Assembly (NCBI RefSeq): GCF_009914755.1
Contig: NC_060945.1
Length of the DNA stretch: 64,000 nucleotides
DNA from: the human T2T-CHM13v2.0 reference genome, Homo sapiens
Strand: one strand, 5' to 3'
The notes beneath the pieces were generated by a model, which saw only the letters and a program-made list of their open reading frames with translations, ran no database searches and was not told where the DNA came from. Position numbers and translations under genes: made by a program. This document shows positions 25,843-44,341 of the stretch, in pieces (the stretch's first letter is position 1; every line of letters begins with the position of its first letter).

Positions 25843-28432
25843 CACCCCACTCAAGCTGTGGCTCTTTCCCTAAAGTAGAAAACAGACCAGTTGGGTTCCA
25901 AGCATCCACGAAGATCTTATTAAATTTGTGATCCCTGGTGGCACCATGGAGTCAGGATTGGCTCACCTCAAACCTGACTCAGAAACAAAACCATGTCAAT
26001 GTGCAGAGATGAACGTCCTTACCCGTTATCATATTTTCTGGTGTTTTCACAGTGCTGCACTTCCTAATCCCCATTCCACCGCAGTCCACATGCCATGATG
26101 CCCAGAGGCATTAACAAAGGAGACACACAGGGGCTTCTCACGTTGGGTTTTCATTGTTTTGATGAAAATCTCAGTTTCCTCATCTCATACAATGTGGTTA
26201 GTAATAGTATCATTTAGGGTTGAAGAATTAAATGGTACGAATTATATAGGGTGCTTATTATAACCTACATGGAAAATGCCTGGGATATGTTAGCTATGCT
26301 CATCACCAACATCGTTATATGATGGTAATAATCAGATAGTCAGGAAGGCCGACACAAAGAAAATGGATACATGCTCTGAGGGAATGAATGTGGAGAGATC
26401 AGAAGGTCAAGAACAAAGCCCTACAACATGTCTGCAGTAAAGGGATAGAGAAAAGAAAGGCTATAAAAGAAGGAATGAAACAGAGTTAGAGTAAAATTAT
26501 AAAATCAAAGCTAAGGAGAATTTCCAGAAAGGGTAATATCATTTAATATCATAGAAGTTTAGGAGCACAAGATGGGAAAAAGGCCTTTGGGTAACTGACA
26601 CTGAGGCAGTCTTTAGGGAAGCTCCATTTCCGATAGAGGAGTAGACAGAAAGTCAGCTTGAAGCAGGGACTAGGTGAAGAAGCTGTTGGCTGGTCGCATG
26701 GGGAAATAAATAAGGGATGGCATATGCCATTTTTCTGGATTTCTTTCTTTCTTGCCCAGCCTCTATATATGCACAGAGTTTTGCGAAAACTTACAAAAAA
26801 TAAAAATGAAACCAATTTCGTTTGCAGACTCAAATACAATGCTTTGTGTTAGAATCAAGATAAATTCATGCCTCTCCCTTCTATTGTCACCGTCAGTTTT
26901 GAAATTAAACATCAGCTTTTCTTCTTCATGAAAATCATTTTCAACTCCTTCCAGGTGTTGGTGGTTTGGGGGAGTTACATAAGCAGTCAGGTCTTGATGA
27001 GTAGAGGAGGGAACAAACACTTTCAGCAAAGGCAGAATTCTGAAATTCTGCTCGTATTTTTCTTCAGTAACTTTCCTATGTTTGTGAGGTTATTCAGTCA
27101 TAAAGATCCTAGTGAAATTTTTTTCAAGCTTTACTAGTCGTAATCACTGTGGACGTTTGTTTAAAATGTGTATTCCCAGGCCTCTCACCTGCTGATTCTG
27201 ATTCCGGAGATCACGGATGGGACTCAGAATACATATGTTTGACAAGCATCACAAGTGGTTCTTATGGTCAGACAAATTTTGGAATCTAACCAGGAATTTA
27301 TGTTTTTATGACTGGCAGCTAGAAAAGATTCCTAGAGTCTTTGCTTTTTGAAAATAAAATATTTCTGTTTTAAAAGGAAATTGTATGACTAGATACAACA
27401 TTTATACATGTGGCACATGTATTATACTGTGTGTTTTTGTCATATTTGCAGTCAAAGATGTGTAAGAACACTCTGAGAAAAATTATATATTAAATGCAAA
27501 GAGGGGTAAGTTAGGGTGGGGGAGTAATGGGAAGGGTGTGCTTATTGTTGCTAAAAGGTAGAAAAGCCAGAATTATAGCATCTAAGGTTGCAAATAGCAC
27601 ATTGTAAGTTGAGGGAGCTTCATAATCATGTCTGAAAACTTCTTTGATATACTGAGTTGTAAACAGTGGCTTTGGACAATATTTGACGGAGAAACCAACT
27701 ATGCTTTAAACCGTTCATTTAAAAGGCTTTAATTAAAGGAAAGTCTTTGTATTTACCTGAGCTAATTTAACTTCAGGATTTTAACAAATTACTAGCCCTT
27801 AACCTCTTAAAAATTGTCTTTCATTTCAAATGAAAGTTTAAGGTGGCCTTTATGTTCGATTGGTATACTTGTGTGAACACTTAACGGCAAGGTACTGTAC
27901 ATTTCTAAATGTTTACTTCTTAATTTTGCTGGAAGAAATATACTACTCAATTGATTATTTTTAAAGAAAGTAAAACAATTTATTTTGACAAGCGACACTG
28001 TATTTTCCCAGTTTTCTGGTGGTAAAGATTAGGCTTAACATCACTAATCATCAGAGAAATGCAAATCAAAACCAAAATGAGATACCATCCTATACCAGTC
28101 AGAATAGCTACTATTAAAAAAATCGAAAAACAACAGATCTTGGGAGGCTGTGGAGAAAAGGGAACATTTACACATAATTGGTGTGAATGTAAATTAGTTC
28201 AGCCACTGTTGAAAGCAGTTTGGAAATTTCTCAGAGAATTTAAAATAGAATTACCTTTCAAGCCAACAATTCCATTACTGGTATATGACCCAAAGAAAAT
28301 CAGTTATTCTACCAAAAAGACATATGCACTTGCATGTTCATCGCAGCACTATTCACAATAGCAAAGACATGGAGTCAGCCTAGGTGCCCATCAACAATGG
28401 ATTGGATCAATAAAATGTGGTACATCCACACA

Positions 28433-28842
28433 GTATTATTAGGCCATTCTTACATTGCTATGAAGAAATACCTGAGACTGGGTAAATTATAAGGAAAAGA
28501 GATTTAATTGGCTCATAGCTCTGCAGTCTGTACAGGAAGCATGGTGACGGCATCTGCATGGCGTCTGTGGAGTCTCCAGGGAGCTTTTACTCATGATGGA
28601 AGGTGAAGAGAGAGTAGGCACATCACATGGCCAGAGCAGGAGCAAGAGAGAATGGGAGTGGGGTTAAGTACCACACACCCTTAAACAACCAGATCTTGAA
28701 AGAATTCACTATCACAAGGACAGCATCAGGGCATTAGAGATCCACCCCCGTGACCCAAACACCTCCTACCAGGCGCCACCTCCAACACTGAGGATTACAT
28801 TTCACCATGAGATTTATAGGGGCCACCTTCCAAACCATTTCA
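28433..28842 (-). mobile_element. MSTB-like MaLR solo LTR
   Basis: taggccattcttacattgctatgaagaaatacctgagactggg...ccaaaccatttca. Confidence 0.85.
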
Positions 28843-29100
28843 CACACCATGGAATACTATGCAGCCATAAAAATAACAAACTTATGTCCTTTGAAGCAAC
28901 ATGGATGCAGCTGAAGGCCATTATCCTAAGTAAATTAATGCAGGAATACAAAACGAAATACCACATTATCTCACTTATAAGTGGGAGCTAAACACTGGGT
29001 ATTCATGGACATAAAGATGGAAAGAATAAACACCGGGACTACTAGAGGGGAGAAGGAGGAAGGCAAGGTTTGACAAACTAACTATTGGGTACTATGCTCA

Positions 29101-29482
29101 TGTATTAATCTGTTCTCACACTGCTATATAGAACTACCCAAGACTGGGTAATTTATAAAGAAAAGAGGTTTAACTGACTCACAGTTCCACAGGCTGTACA
29201 GGAAGCATGGCTGGGAGGCTTCAGGAAACTTACAATCATGGCAGAAGGTGAAGGGGGAAGCAAGGCACATTCTACCATGGTGACAGGAGAGCAAGTGAGC
29301 CAGGGGGGATGTGCCATATGTTTAAACCATCAGATCTCATGAGAACTCACTTACCATCTAAGAAGAGCAAGGGGGAAATCTGCCCTCTTGAGCTAATCAC
29401 CTCCCACCAGGTCATTCCCCCTACATTGGGAATTACAATTCAACATGAGATTTGGGTGGGGACACAGAGTCAAACCATACCA
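29101..29482 (-). mobile_element. MSTA-like MaLR solo LTR
   Basis: tgtattaatctgttctcacactgct...gagatttgggtggggacacagagtcaaaccatacca. Confidence 0.88.
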
Positions 29483-30774
29483 AATCAGCATCTGGATGAT
29501 TGGGATCATTCATACCCCAAAACTCAGCATTATGAGATATACCCATGTAACAAACTGGCACATGTACCCCTGAATGTAAAATACAAGTTAAAATTATTTT
29601 CAAAATAATTAATGAATAAATAAATATGATTAAATGAAATTAAAATTTTGAATTAAAAAAATTTTAGAGTGATAGTGATTTCAGCTTGCAGTTATGTAAG
29701 TTATGTAAATGGAAACAGTGAGTTATGTAGGGTTCGGATCAATTGCACTCTCTGTACTAAGCTGATGTCCAGTTGTTTGGATGAAAAGAAAAGAGGAGAA
29801 ACATATAGATCTAACAGGAAAAAAATGGACAAGTTTTTATGATAAAAAAAGAAGAATGGAGGAAATAGGACTGAGGTTATAGGGATTGATAGATATTAAT
29901 AGATGACTAAGTCAAAAGCCACTGGTTGCAGAAAATATTGATTAATTTTGTTTTATTCCAGTCAGACAACAAAATTCTATAACTGCCTCTAGAGAAAACC
30001 CTTTTAGCCCTGTAATTATCTTTATTCCAAGCACCATTCCATTCATTAAGTAGTGTATAGAGTGATTAATAAGTGAATTATTCACAGAATTAAGACAGAA
30101 TTTTTGAGTATTTCAGGATATTAATATTATAGTCAATGAACTAAAATAAAATTTGACTAGAGGTGTGATCACCATGAATGCCATGTTGGTATCTTGTTAG
30201 ATTTGGCAAACTAAAGTTGACAAATTTATTAATAAAATAAACATTCCTTGATGATTAATTTACATTTAGTACACATGCTCTTTCTTCTTCCTTCCCTTTC
30301 TTATTCATTCATTCCTACAGAGCAGTGACTTTCATTCTAAGATTCCCAGAATCCTAAGGAATTCTTGAATGTCATCATAGGGAGCCAGGTGTGAGGATTC
30401 CCAAAAGTTGTATTTAATACTTGAAAAATCTCGAGAAGTTATATATTTATGCCAGAAAAACTATACAGGTTTTAAGTTATATATATATAGTTGAATACTT
30501 TTTATTTCTATCCAGAACGAAGTCATTAGAGTTAATAATGTTGATTATTTCATACTGACCTAATGGGTAGCCTTTATATATCATTGATTACTTATTAGTA
30601 TAATAAGAACCCCCCCAAAATTACAAAATAAATATATTTTGTGGGTTTTTGTTAAGGCTTTTGAAACATAAAATCAGAGGAGAGGATTAAAAGTAATCCT
30701 TGATTGTTAAAAAGGCAGGGAACTACTAACTTAGAAAATTGTATGAAAACAGCAAGATATATACATGACTCTCA

Positions 30775-30940
30775 GACCAGCTGCCTGTTTTAATAAAGTT
30801 TTATTGGAGCACATCCATGGATCTATGGTGCTTTCCTGATACAATGGTACAGTTGAATGGTTGCTATAGAGACCGTATGGTTTGCAAAGCCTAAAATATT
30901 TATCATCTGGTCCTTTATAGCAAAAGTGAACCCAGTTTTA
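30775..30940. mobile_element. MER58A fragment
   Basis: ctgcctgttttaataaagttttattggagcaca...gagaccgtatggtttgcaaagcctaaaatatttatcatctggtcc. Confidence 0.75.
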
Positions 30941-30966
30941 GATCATTCACTTTATGAATTAAGATA

Positions 30967-31940
<974 letters not shown>

Positions 31941-33370
31941 TTTTTGCTAACCAAAAGTTTACTTTGATGAAGATGGAATTATAAATACAATAATTCAAGT
32001 TTAAAGAATTAGAATGGTAAAGGTTAATACAATTTAGAAGCCTAAAAATCACTTGAAAACCTTACTAACAATGTAAATTCTTGTGCCTTAGGCCTGAGAT
32101 TTTGATTCAATAGGTCTATCATGGGACATAGGAATCTGTATTTTTAGGAATGATAAAGGAAAATTGCTTAAAATTGGGTAAATTATGACTTGCAAATATA
32201 AAATGAACACTTGTCTAAGATTTTTGTTTAACTCATTTATTTAATGAGGGAGCCAGTAAGATGTTATACTGAGTTTTATGGAAAATTAAGTGCCACACAT
32301 ATCTAGGCACTAAGGAACACTGAAATAAATTTGCTTGATAGGTTCAAAACTGACTTCTTGATGGAAGGTGGAAAAAGGGAAATTAATTATACTTCCACCA
32401 AAATCAATCATTTGCCTGTCTATAGATAAGAATATTTGCATTACTATCAGTAATCTACAACTAACAGAATTGCAAATAACAAAGAAAACAAAAGGCACAG
32501 AGACCCCATAGAAACAGATAACCCAGGTTATTCTAGACAAGGCTGAGATTTCCATTAAAGACACTCAGTGGTAATTTCATTGGTCCATCTTAAAATCTTT
32601 CCGTTTTCTCCTGAAACAAATTGCTCAAGCAATTAAAATACATTGAATGTGGTCAGTGGGTCACACCTGGAGAAATCATTTTCTAACCTATAATCAAGAC
32701 TGTTGAATTACTCCCTTCACTGGAAAGAATAAGATATTACCACATAAATTCATATTATGATAATGGCCCACTATGAATGCTTTGGTGTTCTTAATTTTCT
32801 TAAGATTTATTAATATTTCTGAAGTAACTATTAAATGCCAAGCAATGTATTTTCTAATTTAATATTTCATTGACTTTTACTTTCACTTCAGTTGAGCTAC
32901 TCACTTTCATGGCTATAAACTTAACTTTTCAATAACTTAAAAATTGATTTCTATTGTTATAAACTTTAATGTTCCACTCTGTGACCTGCTCTTTCAGACT
33001 CTCTCTTCCTTACTGCCGATTTACCTTCTCTTCTATCTCTTCCAGTGCCCCAGTATCTTGACTCTTCCATTTTCTTTTTTCTTTTCTTTTATTAAGTGGA
33101 TACATGGTAATTTCACATGTTGATGGGGTACAATGTGGTATTTTGATACATGACACATTGTTAAAACCTCTCCTCCCTATCTTTCCCAGTCTGGCAACCA
33201 CTCTTCTACTCTCTATTAGATCAGTGTTTTTACATTTCACATATGAATGAGATCATGTGATATTTGTCTTACCGTGTTTAGATTATTTCACTTGCCACAA
33301 TGTCCTCTATGATCATTCATGTTGTCACAAGTGACACGATTTTACCCTTTTTTATGGCCACATGTGCATA

Positions 33371-33660
33371 TGATATAGTTTGGATATTTTCCCTGACCCA
33401 TATCTTATGTTATATTGTAATCCCCACTGTTAGAGATGGGGCCTGGTAGGGGGTGTTTGGGTCGTGGAGGTGGATCCCTCATGGCTTGGTGCTATCCTCA
33501 TGATGTTGAACGAGTTCTCAAGCTTCCTGACTAGTCAAGCAGATGTTGGCACTATACTCCCTGTACAGCCCATGGAACCAGGAGCCAATTAAGTCTCTTT
33601 TCTTATAAATTATCCAATCTCAGATATTTCTTTATAGGAATGCAAGAATGGCCAAATACA
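33371..33660 (+). mobile_element. MST-type MaLR LTR, internally deleted
   Basis: tgatatagtttggatatt...gtaatccccactgttagagatggggcctgg...tgcaagaatggccaaataca. Confidence 0.82.
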
Positions 33661-35889
33661 ACATATATACCACATTTTCTTTATCCATTCTTTCATTGAT
33701 GGACACTTAGGTTGATTCTAGGCTATTGTGAATAATGCTGTAATAAACATGAGAGTCCAGAAATCTCTTTGACATACTGATTTAATATTCTTTGAATATA
33801 TACCCAGTAGTGGGATTGCTGGATTATGTGATAAGTCTATTTTTAATGTTTTTGGAAGTTATATTGTTTTCCATAAAAATTGCTCTAATTTACATTTCCA
33901 CCAACAGTATATGAACATTCCCCTTTCTTCACGTCCTTGCCAGCATTTGTTATTTTTTGACTTTTTCATAAAAAAGCATTCTAAGCAGGGTGAGATAGCA
34001 TCTTACTGTGGATTTGACTTGCATTTCTCTGATTATTAGTGGTGGTGAGCATTTTTTCACCTGTTAGTGATTTTTTTATCTAATTTGGAGAAATGTCTAT
34101 TCAGCTCTCTTGACTATTTTCTAATCCAATTATTTGTATTTTTGCTGTTGAGTTGTTTGAGTTTTCTATAAATTTGGGATATTAACCCCTTATGAAGTGA
34201 ATAGTTTGCAGATATTTTCTCCCATTTTATAGGTTGTCTCTTCACTCTTGTGATTGTTTCCTATGCAGTGCAGAAGTTTTTATTTGGTGTAATCCCATTT
34301 CTTTATTTTTGCTTTTGTTGTGCATGTCTTTTGATGTCTTTTCTAAAAAGTCCTTGCCCAGACCAATGACATATAACATTTCACCTGTTTTCTTCTACTA
34401 GTTTCATAGTTTGGTGTCTTAAATTTAAATATTTAATTTATTTTGAGTTGATTGTTGTGTATGATGAGAGATAGTGGTCTACTTTCATTCTTCTATATGT
34501 GGATATGCACTTTTCCCAGCACCATTTGTTGAAAATACTGTCTTTTCCCCATTGAATGTTTGCAACTTTGTCAAAAATAAGTTGCATGTAAATATGTGGA
34601 TTTATGCCTGGGCCCCCTATTTTTGTTCCACTGGTCTACATGCCTGTTTTTATGCCAATACCATGCTGTTTTAGTTAGGATAGCTTTGTAATATATTTTG
34701 AAATTAGATAGTGTAAATCCTCTAGCATTGCTCTTTTTGATTAAGATTTATTTGGCTATTTGGGGTGTTTTGTAGTTTCACATGGATTTTAAGATTTTTT
34801 TAATATCCGTGAAGAATGAAATTGGAAATTTGATAGATATTATATTGGATTTATAGATTGATTTGAGTAGTATGGTCATTTCAGCAATATTAATTCTTCT
34901 AGTCTGTGAACATGGGATATCTTTCTATTTATTTTAATTTTTAATTGCTTTTATCAATGTTTAATAATTTTCATCTTTCCATGGCTTAATTTATTTTTAG
35001 GTATTTTGTTTTTTTAATAGCTATTTTAAATGGAATTACTTTCTTGATTCCTTTTTCAGATAGTCTGCTATTGGTGTATAGAGATGTTATTGATTTTTTA
35101 TGTTGCTTTTTTATCCTGAAAGCTTATTGTGTTCATTTACTATTTATGATTCTCAGTGGTGTATTTACGGTTTTTTACATATATGATCATGTCATCTGCA
35201 AAGAGGGATAATTTGACTTTTTTTTTCCACTTGGATGCCTTTTATTTCTTTCTCTTACCTAATTGTTCGGACTAGGACTTCCATTACTATGTTGAAAAAA
35301 GTGATTAAAGTGAACATCCTCGTCTTCTTCCAGATCCTAGAGGCAAAACTTTCAAGTTTTCACCATTCAGAATAATGTTGCCTGTGGGTTATCACATATG
35401 GTCTTTATTTTATTGTGTTCTTTTATAACTAATTTGTTAAAAGGTTTGATCATAAAAGATGTCTAATTTTGTCAAAGGCTTTTTCTGCATCTATTGAAAT
35501 GATTATTTTTTATCCTTCATTGTTTAATGTGATGTATCACATTTTATTGATTTACATGTATTAGACTATCCTTACCTCCCTGGGTAAATACCATTTGATT
35601 ATGGTGAATAATCTTTATAATGTGCTTTTGAATTATCATTGCTATAACTGCTGGTTTTGAATGTTTGCATCTATGTTTATCAATGATATTGGCCTGGAGT
35701 TTTCTTTTATTTGCTGTTCTTGTCTCATTTTGGAATTAGGAAATGCTGTCTTCATAGAATGAGTTTGGAAGAGTTCCCTCCTTTTCATTTTTTTGAAATA
35801 GTTTGTAAAAAATTTGTATAAGTTCTTTAAATGTTTTGTAGAATTTGTCAGCGAAAACCACCAAGTCATGAACTTTTCTTTCTTCCTCT

Positions 35890-36165
35890 ATTTTTTTAGA
35901 GACAGGGTCTCACTCTATCACTGAAGCTGGCATACAGTGGTGCAGTCATAGCTGACTGCAGCCTCAAACTCCTGGTCTTAAGTGATCCTCCTGCCTCAGC
36001 CTCCTGAGTACAAATACACACCACTATACTTGGATAATTTTTATTTTTATTTTTAGAGATGGAGTCTCATTGTGTTGCCCAGGCTAATCTTGAACTCCTG
36101 GCCTCTGGTGATTCTCCTGCCTTGGGCTCCTAAACTGTGAGATTACAGGTGTGAGCTACTGTGTG
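35890..36165 (-). mobile_element. AluJ
   Basis: agagacagggtctcactct...gattacaggtgtgagctactgtg. Confidence 0.85.
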
Positions 36166-36466
36166 AAGTCTTTTGGATTTTCCTTGACTGAGAGCCTAAA
36201 TCGCTCCTTCAATCTCATTAGTTGTCATTGGTGTGTTCACATTTTCTATTTCTTCTTTCTTCAATTTTGATAGGTTATATGTGTCCAGAGCGTACGTATT
36301 TCTTCTAAGTTTTTCAATTTATTGGCATATAATTGTTTGTAGTACTTACTCATGGTTCCTTATATTTCTCTAGAGTCTATCATAGTATATCCTTTTTCAT
36401 CTCTGATTATATGTGAATTTTCTCTTTTTTTCTTAGTCTGACAAAACATTTGTCGTTTACCTTTTC

Positions 36467-39603
<3,137 letters not shown>

Positions 39604-42600
39604 TAGTCGTTTGTATTTTTTATCTTCATTTTGTATATTTGTGCTCTGATCTTTATATTCTTTCGCTAATTTGGGTCTTAGTTTGTTCTTGATTTTATAC
39701 TTCCTTGAAATACATTGTTAGATGATTTATTCATTAACTTTCTTCCTTATTGATGTAGAAATGCATTGCTATAAACTTTCCTCTAAGGACTGTTTTGCTG
39801 TATTTCATAAGTTTTCATATGTTCTGATTTCATTTTTATTTGTCTTAAGACATTTTTAAAATTAAATTTTTTTTCATTGACCCATTGGTTGTTTAAGGAT
39901 ATGTTGTTTAATTTGTATGTATTTGCACAATTTCTGAATTTCCTCCTGTTGTTTATTTCTAGCTTTATTCCATGTGGTTTAAAAAACACGATATGATTTG
40001 ATTTTTTGATTAGCTAAGACTTGTTTTGTGGTCTAACATATCTATCATGGACAATAGTCCATATGCAGGTGAAAAGACAGTGAATTATGCAATTGTTGGA
40101 TGAAATGTTATGTAAATAACTGTTAAATTCTTTTGATCTAGAGTGCAGTTTAAATGTTTCTTTGTTGACATTCTCAATGATCTGTTCATTGCTGAAAATG
40201 GGATGTCGAGGTTTCTTACTATTATTGTACAGTTTTTTTGTCTCTCCTTTTAGATCTATTAATGTTTGCTTTATATATTTAGGTTCTCCAAAGTTGAGTG
40301 CATTATATATTTACAATTATTGTATTCTCTTGTTGTACTGACCCTTTTATTATTACATAATGGCCTTGTTTGTCTGTGTTTACAGTTTTTTTACTTGAGG
40401 TCTATTTTATTTGATATAAATATAACTACTTCTGCATTCTTTTGATTTCCATTGTCATAAAATATATTTTTCCATCTGATCACTTTCAATTTATGAGTGT
40501 ATTTACAGGTGATGGGAGTCTGTTGTAAAAAGAATATAGTTAGGTCTTGTTTTTAATCCATTTACCCATTCTCTGTCTTCTTACTGGATAATTTAATCTA
40601 TTTACATTCAAGGTAATTATTGATAGATAAGGACTTGTACTGCCATATACTGTTTTCTTGTTGTCTTTTAGAATTTTTGTACCTTTTTTTCCCTTTGTTG
40701 TCTTCCTTTGTAGTTAAGTGATTTTCTCTGTGTGTTTTTGTTTCTTGTTCTTTTATTTTTAGTGTATCTAATAAAAATGTTTGCCTTTTGGTTACTATGA
40801 GGCATGCGAAGAATATTTTATAGTATCAATAGGTAATTTTGAATGGATAACAGCTTAATTTTGATAATAAGAAATGGGGAAAAGCAATCACCCTGCTCTT
40901 TAACTCAATCACTCCCCCATATTTTGCATTTTTGATGTCTTAATTTACATCTTTTACATCACTTATCCCTTAACAAATTATTGTAGTTGTTATTATTTTT
41001 GTTTTGTATTTTAACCTTCGTGCTAAAAACATGTAAGTGGCTTACATTCACTCTTTACTATATTAGAGCATCCAGAATTTGTCTGAATATTTATTTTTAC
41101 CTGTGGATTTATACCTTCCAATTTTTTGTATTACATATTAGTGCCCTTTTCTTTCAGTTTGAAGACTGTTCTTTAACATTTATTTTAAGGCAGGTATGGT
41201 TACAATGAATTCCTTCATCTTTTGTTTGTCTTAGAATGTTTTAACCTCTCCTTCATTTCTAAATGAGAGCTGTGCTGGATACTGTATTCATGGTTGACAA
41301 TTTTTTTCTTCAGCACTTGATTCTATTATCCTACTCTCTCCTGGTCCATATTGTTTCTGCTGAGAAGTCTGCTGCCAGGCACATTGGAATTCTCTTGTGT
41401 GTTATATGCTTCCTTTTTCTTAGTGCTTTCAGGACCTACTTCTTTTTTTTGACGTTTGAAGATTTAATTATAATAGATCTTGTGGTTGTCTTATTCAGAT
41501 TAAATCAGATTAGTGAGCTTTGGCCATCCTAAACATCTTAATCCTTCTCCAAGTTTAAAAAGTTGTCTGTTATTTCTCTGAATAAGCTTCTAACTTTTTT
41601 TCATTCTTAGTTGAACTTTAACATTGTAGATTTGTTTTTTTGATGGTGTCCCATGGATCTCATAAGTTTTCTTTGTTTCTTCTCATTTTTTTCTCTTTTC
41701 TAGTCTGACAGTGTATTTTCAAAGAGACTGTCTTTGAGCTCACTGCTTTTTTTCTTCTACTAGATCAGTTCTGCTCTTGATGCCCTGTAGCGCATTTTTC
41801 AGTTTGTTTACTGAACTTTCCTCCTCCAGGATTTCCATTTGATTTTTTTCCATTATTTTAAATTCTTTGTTGAATTTCTCCTAAATTTCCATATTGTTTC
41901 TCTGTACTTTGTTGAAATGCACAGATTTTTCTTTTTTAAAAAAAACAGCTATTTGAATTTTTTTGTCTGCCACATGATTCATTTGCATGTCTTTAGGTTC
42001 AGTTGCTGACACCTTGTTTTCTCCATTTGGTGAGGCAGTTTTTCCTAGGCTATTCTTATTTTTTGAAGATGTACATCTCCATCTACATATTGATGAATTA
42101 AATATTTATTTCAATCTTCTCAGTCTGGGATTGTTTTTGACTGTTTCTCAGTGGGCTTGTTTAGAAATTCTGTGTGGATTTACATTATATTCCATTTTAG
42201 CATTAGGAGGTGCCTAAAGCAAAGGTTAGACATAAGTCTTGCAATGGGGCTTCACCACTGATGCAATGTAACTGGATGGGCCCATGGGTGATCCACAGAA
42301 AGGCTGCTGTCTGTTGGGGGAGAACAAGTCAGGCCATCAAATCTGGACAGTCTGTGTATCCTGTATCCCACAGCGTGGTGCCCATAAACAACCTATCTGG
42401 TATAATGTTTCCTCTGGTAGGAATGGCTAGCCACTGCTAAGTTTCATATAGTAAGTATTGTTAACCCTATCCCTTCTCTATGTCCCTAGCATGCCTCTGA
42501 TGGTTAAGCTCTGTTGACACTCATGGTGCTTCTTGTGGGCTGATGCAGGAGTGAGTCTACTGTGAAGGCACTCAGTATGGTGGAAAAAATATTCAACTTC

Positions 42601-43364
42601 TGCTCACTTTATTCAGTGTAAGAACTGTGAGTTCAAGAGGACTTTCTGCATATAATACCATTATGTCCTGGGGGAGGAGTATCATAGTCACAGGGTACTG
42701 TTTCCCTTACTGTCCAAGCATGGTTTTATTCCTCTTTGCAGTCCAAAGGGGCTTCATAGACTCACTCATGTATTCAGGGTTCATTAGCTCTTGTAAAGGT
42801 AATTTCATATGTGGATAGTTGTTCATATAGATGTGTCCGTAGGCATATGATTATTGGATAGGTCGACTCCACTACCTTGCTCTGCCCAAATCCTTCCTCT
42901 TTCCAACAAGAGTTTGCCACCTCCTATTTTTCTTTTTTCTTAACCAAACTAAGTTTAGCCTTTTAATCCTTCACCCCCCTCCACTTCTAATGCCATTGCT
43001 TCTTTGTATGTTTATTGTATTTTCCATGCTATATGACTTTCAGCTGGTTATTTACAGTATGTAAATTTTAATATCCTGTAAAAGAGGGATAGTAATAGCA
43101 TCCATTTGATAGGGATGTTAAAGATATTAAATGACACTGTCCATGTTAAATAACTTTTTGAGATATATTGAGATGTTTCTGTACTTCCTTGTTCTGGCCC
43201 TCTTGTTGAACCAGAGGAATCTATTGCCATGAAAAGCAATAAAACTGTGATAGTAGAAATTAAAAGTGAGGAGGAACTTATTTAAAAATCATCATTCTCC
43301 TTTTCAATGCAAAAATAAGAACTAGAAACTTTTTTAAAAACATTTTTAAGTTAAATTTACTTTT

Positions 43365-43564
43365 TATTTATTTATTTATTATGCTTTAAGTTCTGGGGTA
43401 CATGTGCAGAATGTGCAGTTTTGTTACATATGTATACACGTGCCACAGTGGTTTGCTGCAACCATCAACCCGTCATCCACATTAGGTACTTCTCCTAATG
43501 CTATACTTCCCATAGCCCCCCATCCCCTGACAATTCCCAGTGTGTGATGTTCCCCTCCCTGTGT
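43365..43564 (-). mobile_element. Short L1PA 3' end
   Basis: tttattatgctttaagttctggggtacatgtgcagaatgtgcag...ttcccctccctgtgt. Confidence 0.88.
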
Positions 43565-43707
43565 AGGCAGTAGTCCAAAGTAATAACTTATGGAAGATAA
43601 CTTGGGTTTTTTAATCTTAAAGTGTTCTTTTATATATTCAAGGGTCGAGATTGGCTGCCTTGAATTCTACTAAAATTTCAATGTAAGTTTTAGAGAGGGA
43701 GGAAAGA

Positions 43708-44072
43708 GTCAAAGAAAAAATTGCACTGGAAAAAGTTAAATAAATAAAGAAGATATTATTCAAGCTATTGCAATACGGGAGAGAGGCCAGACCTAGTCTG
43801 ATCTCAGCTCCCCTGATACAAAGGGCCGTGGATTTTTTGAAAGTGAGGGTAAGGGGGCGATCATAGGCCACCTGTCTTTGCTAACTGTCTTTTCTCAAAG
43901 GAAAAATAAACTTTCTTTTATCTTTATGATATAAGGTAATTTTTACAACTTGGAGCAAGATTAGGCTCTTAGTCTCTCATGGATACTGGGAAATAAGGTA
44001 TTATCTTTCTGGAGGACTACATTTGAAAGAGATGGCTCCCAGATCCTTGAAAAAGGAAATTTTCTGCTTACA
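43708..44072 (-). mobile_element. ERV1-type solo LTR (MER31/MER67-like)
   Basis: gtcaaagaaaaaattgcactgga...ttattcaagctattgcaatacgggagagagg...gagatggctcccagatccttg. Confidence 0.55.
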
Positions 44073-44341
44073 AATTACACATGCCACTTCTACCTGCATT
44101 TCACTGGCCAAACAAGTCACATGTCTAAATCTGACCCTTCCTTCAATAGGACAGAAATGTATAATCTTCTAGGAGATAGGGCCACTGCAGTAGGAAGACC
44201 AGATAATGGGAGAATGGTAATATAATCTATCGCAATGACCACAGTGAAAACGTTAGTAATCCCCAGGGTTAAACCAAGTCTTCTTGGACACTTAGGTTGA
44301 TTCTAGGCTATTGTCAATAGAGGAATAACAAAAAATAAAGA

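Larger units (their letters stand above)
28036..29610 (+). mobile_element. L1PB/old L1PA 3' end, interrupted by two MST LTRs
   Basis: ORF 28059-28361 [21 protein letters not shown] matches the ORF2 C-terminus; 3' UTR cccatgtaacaaactggcacatgtacccc. Confidence 0.88.
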
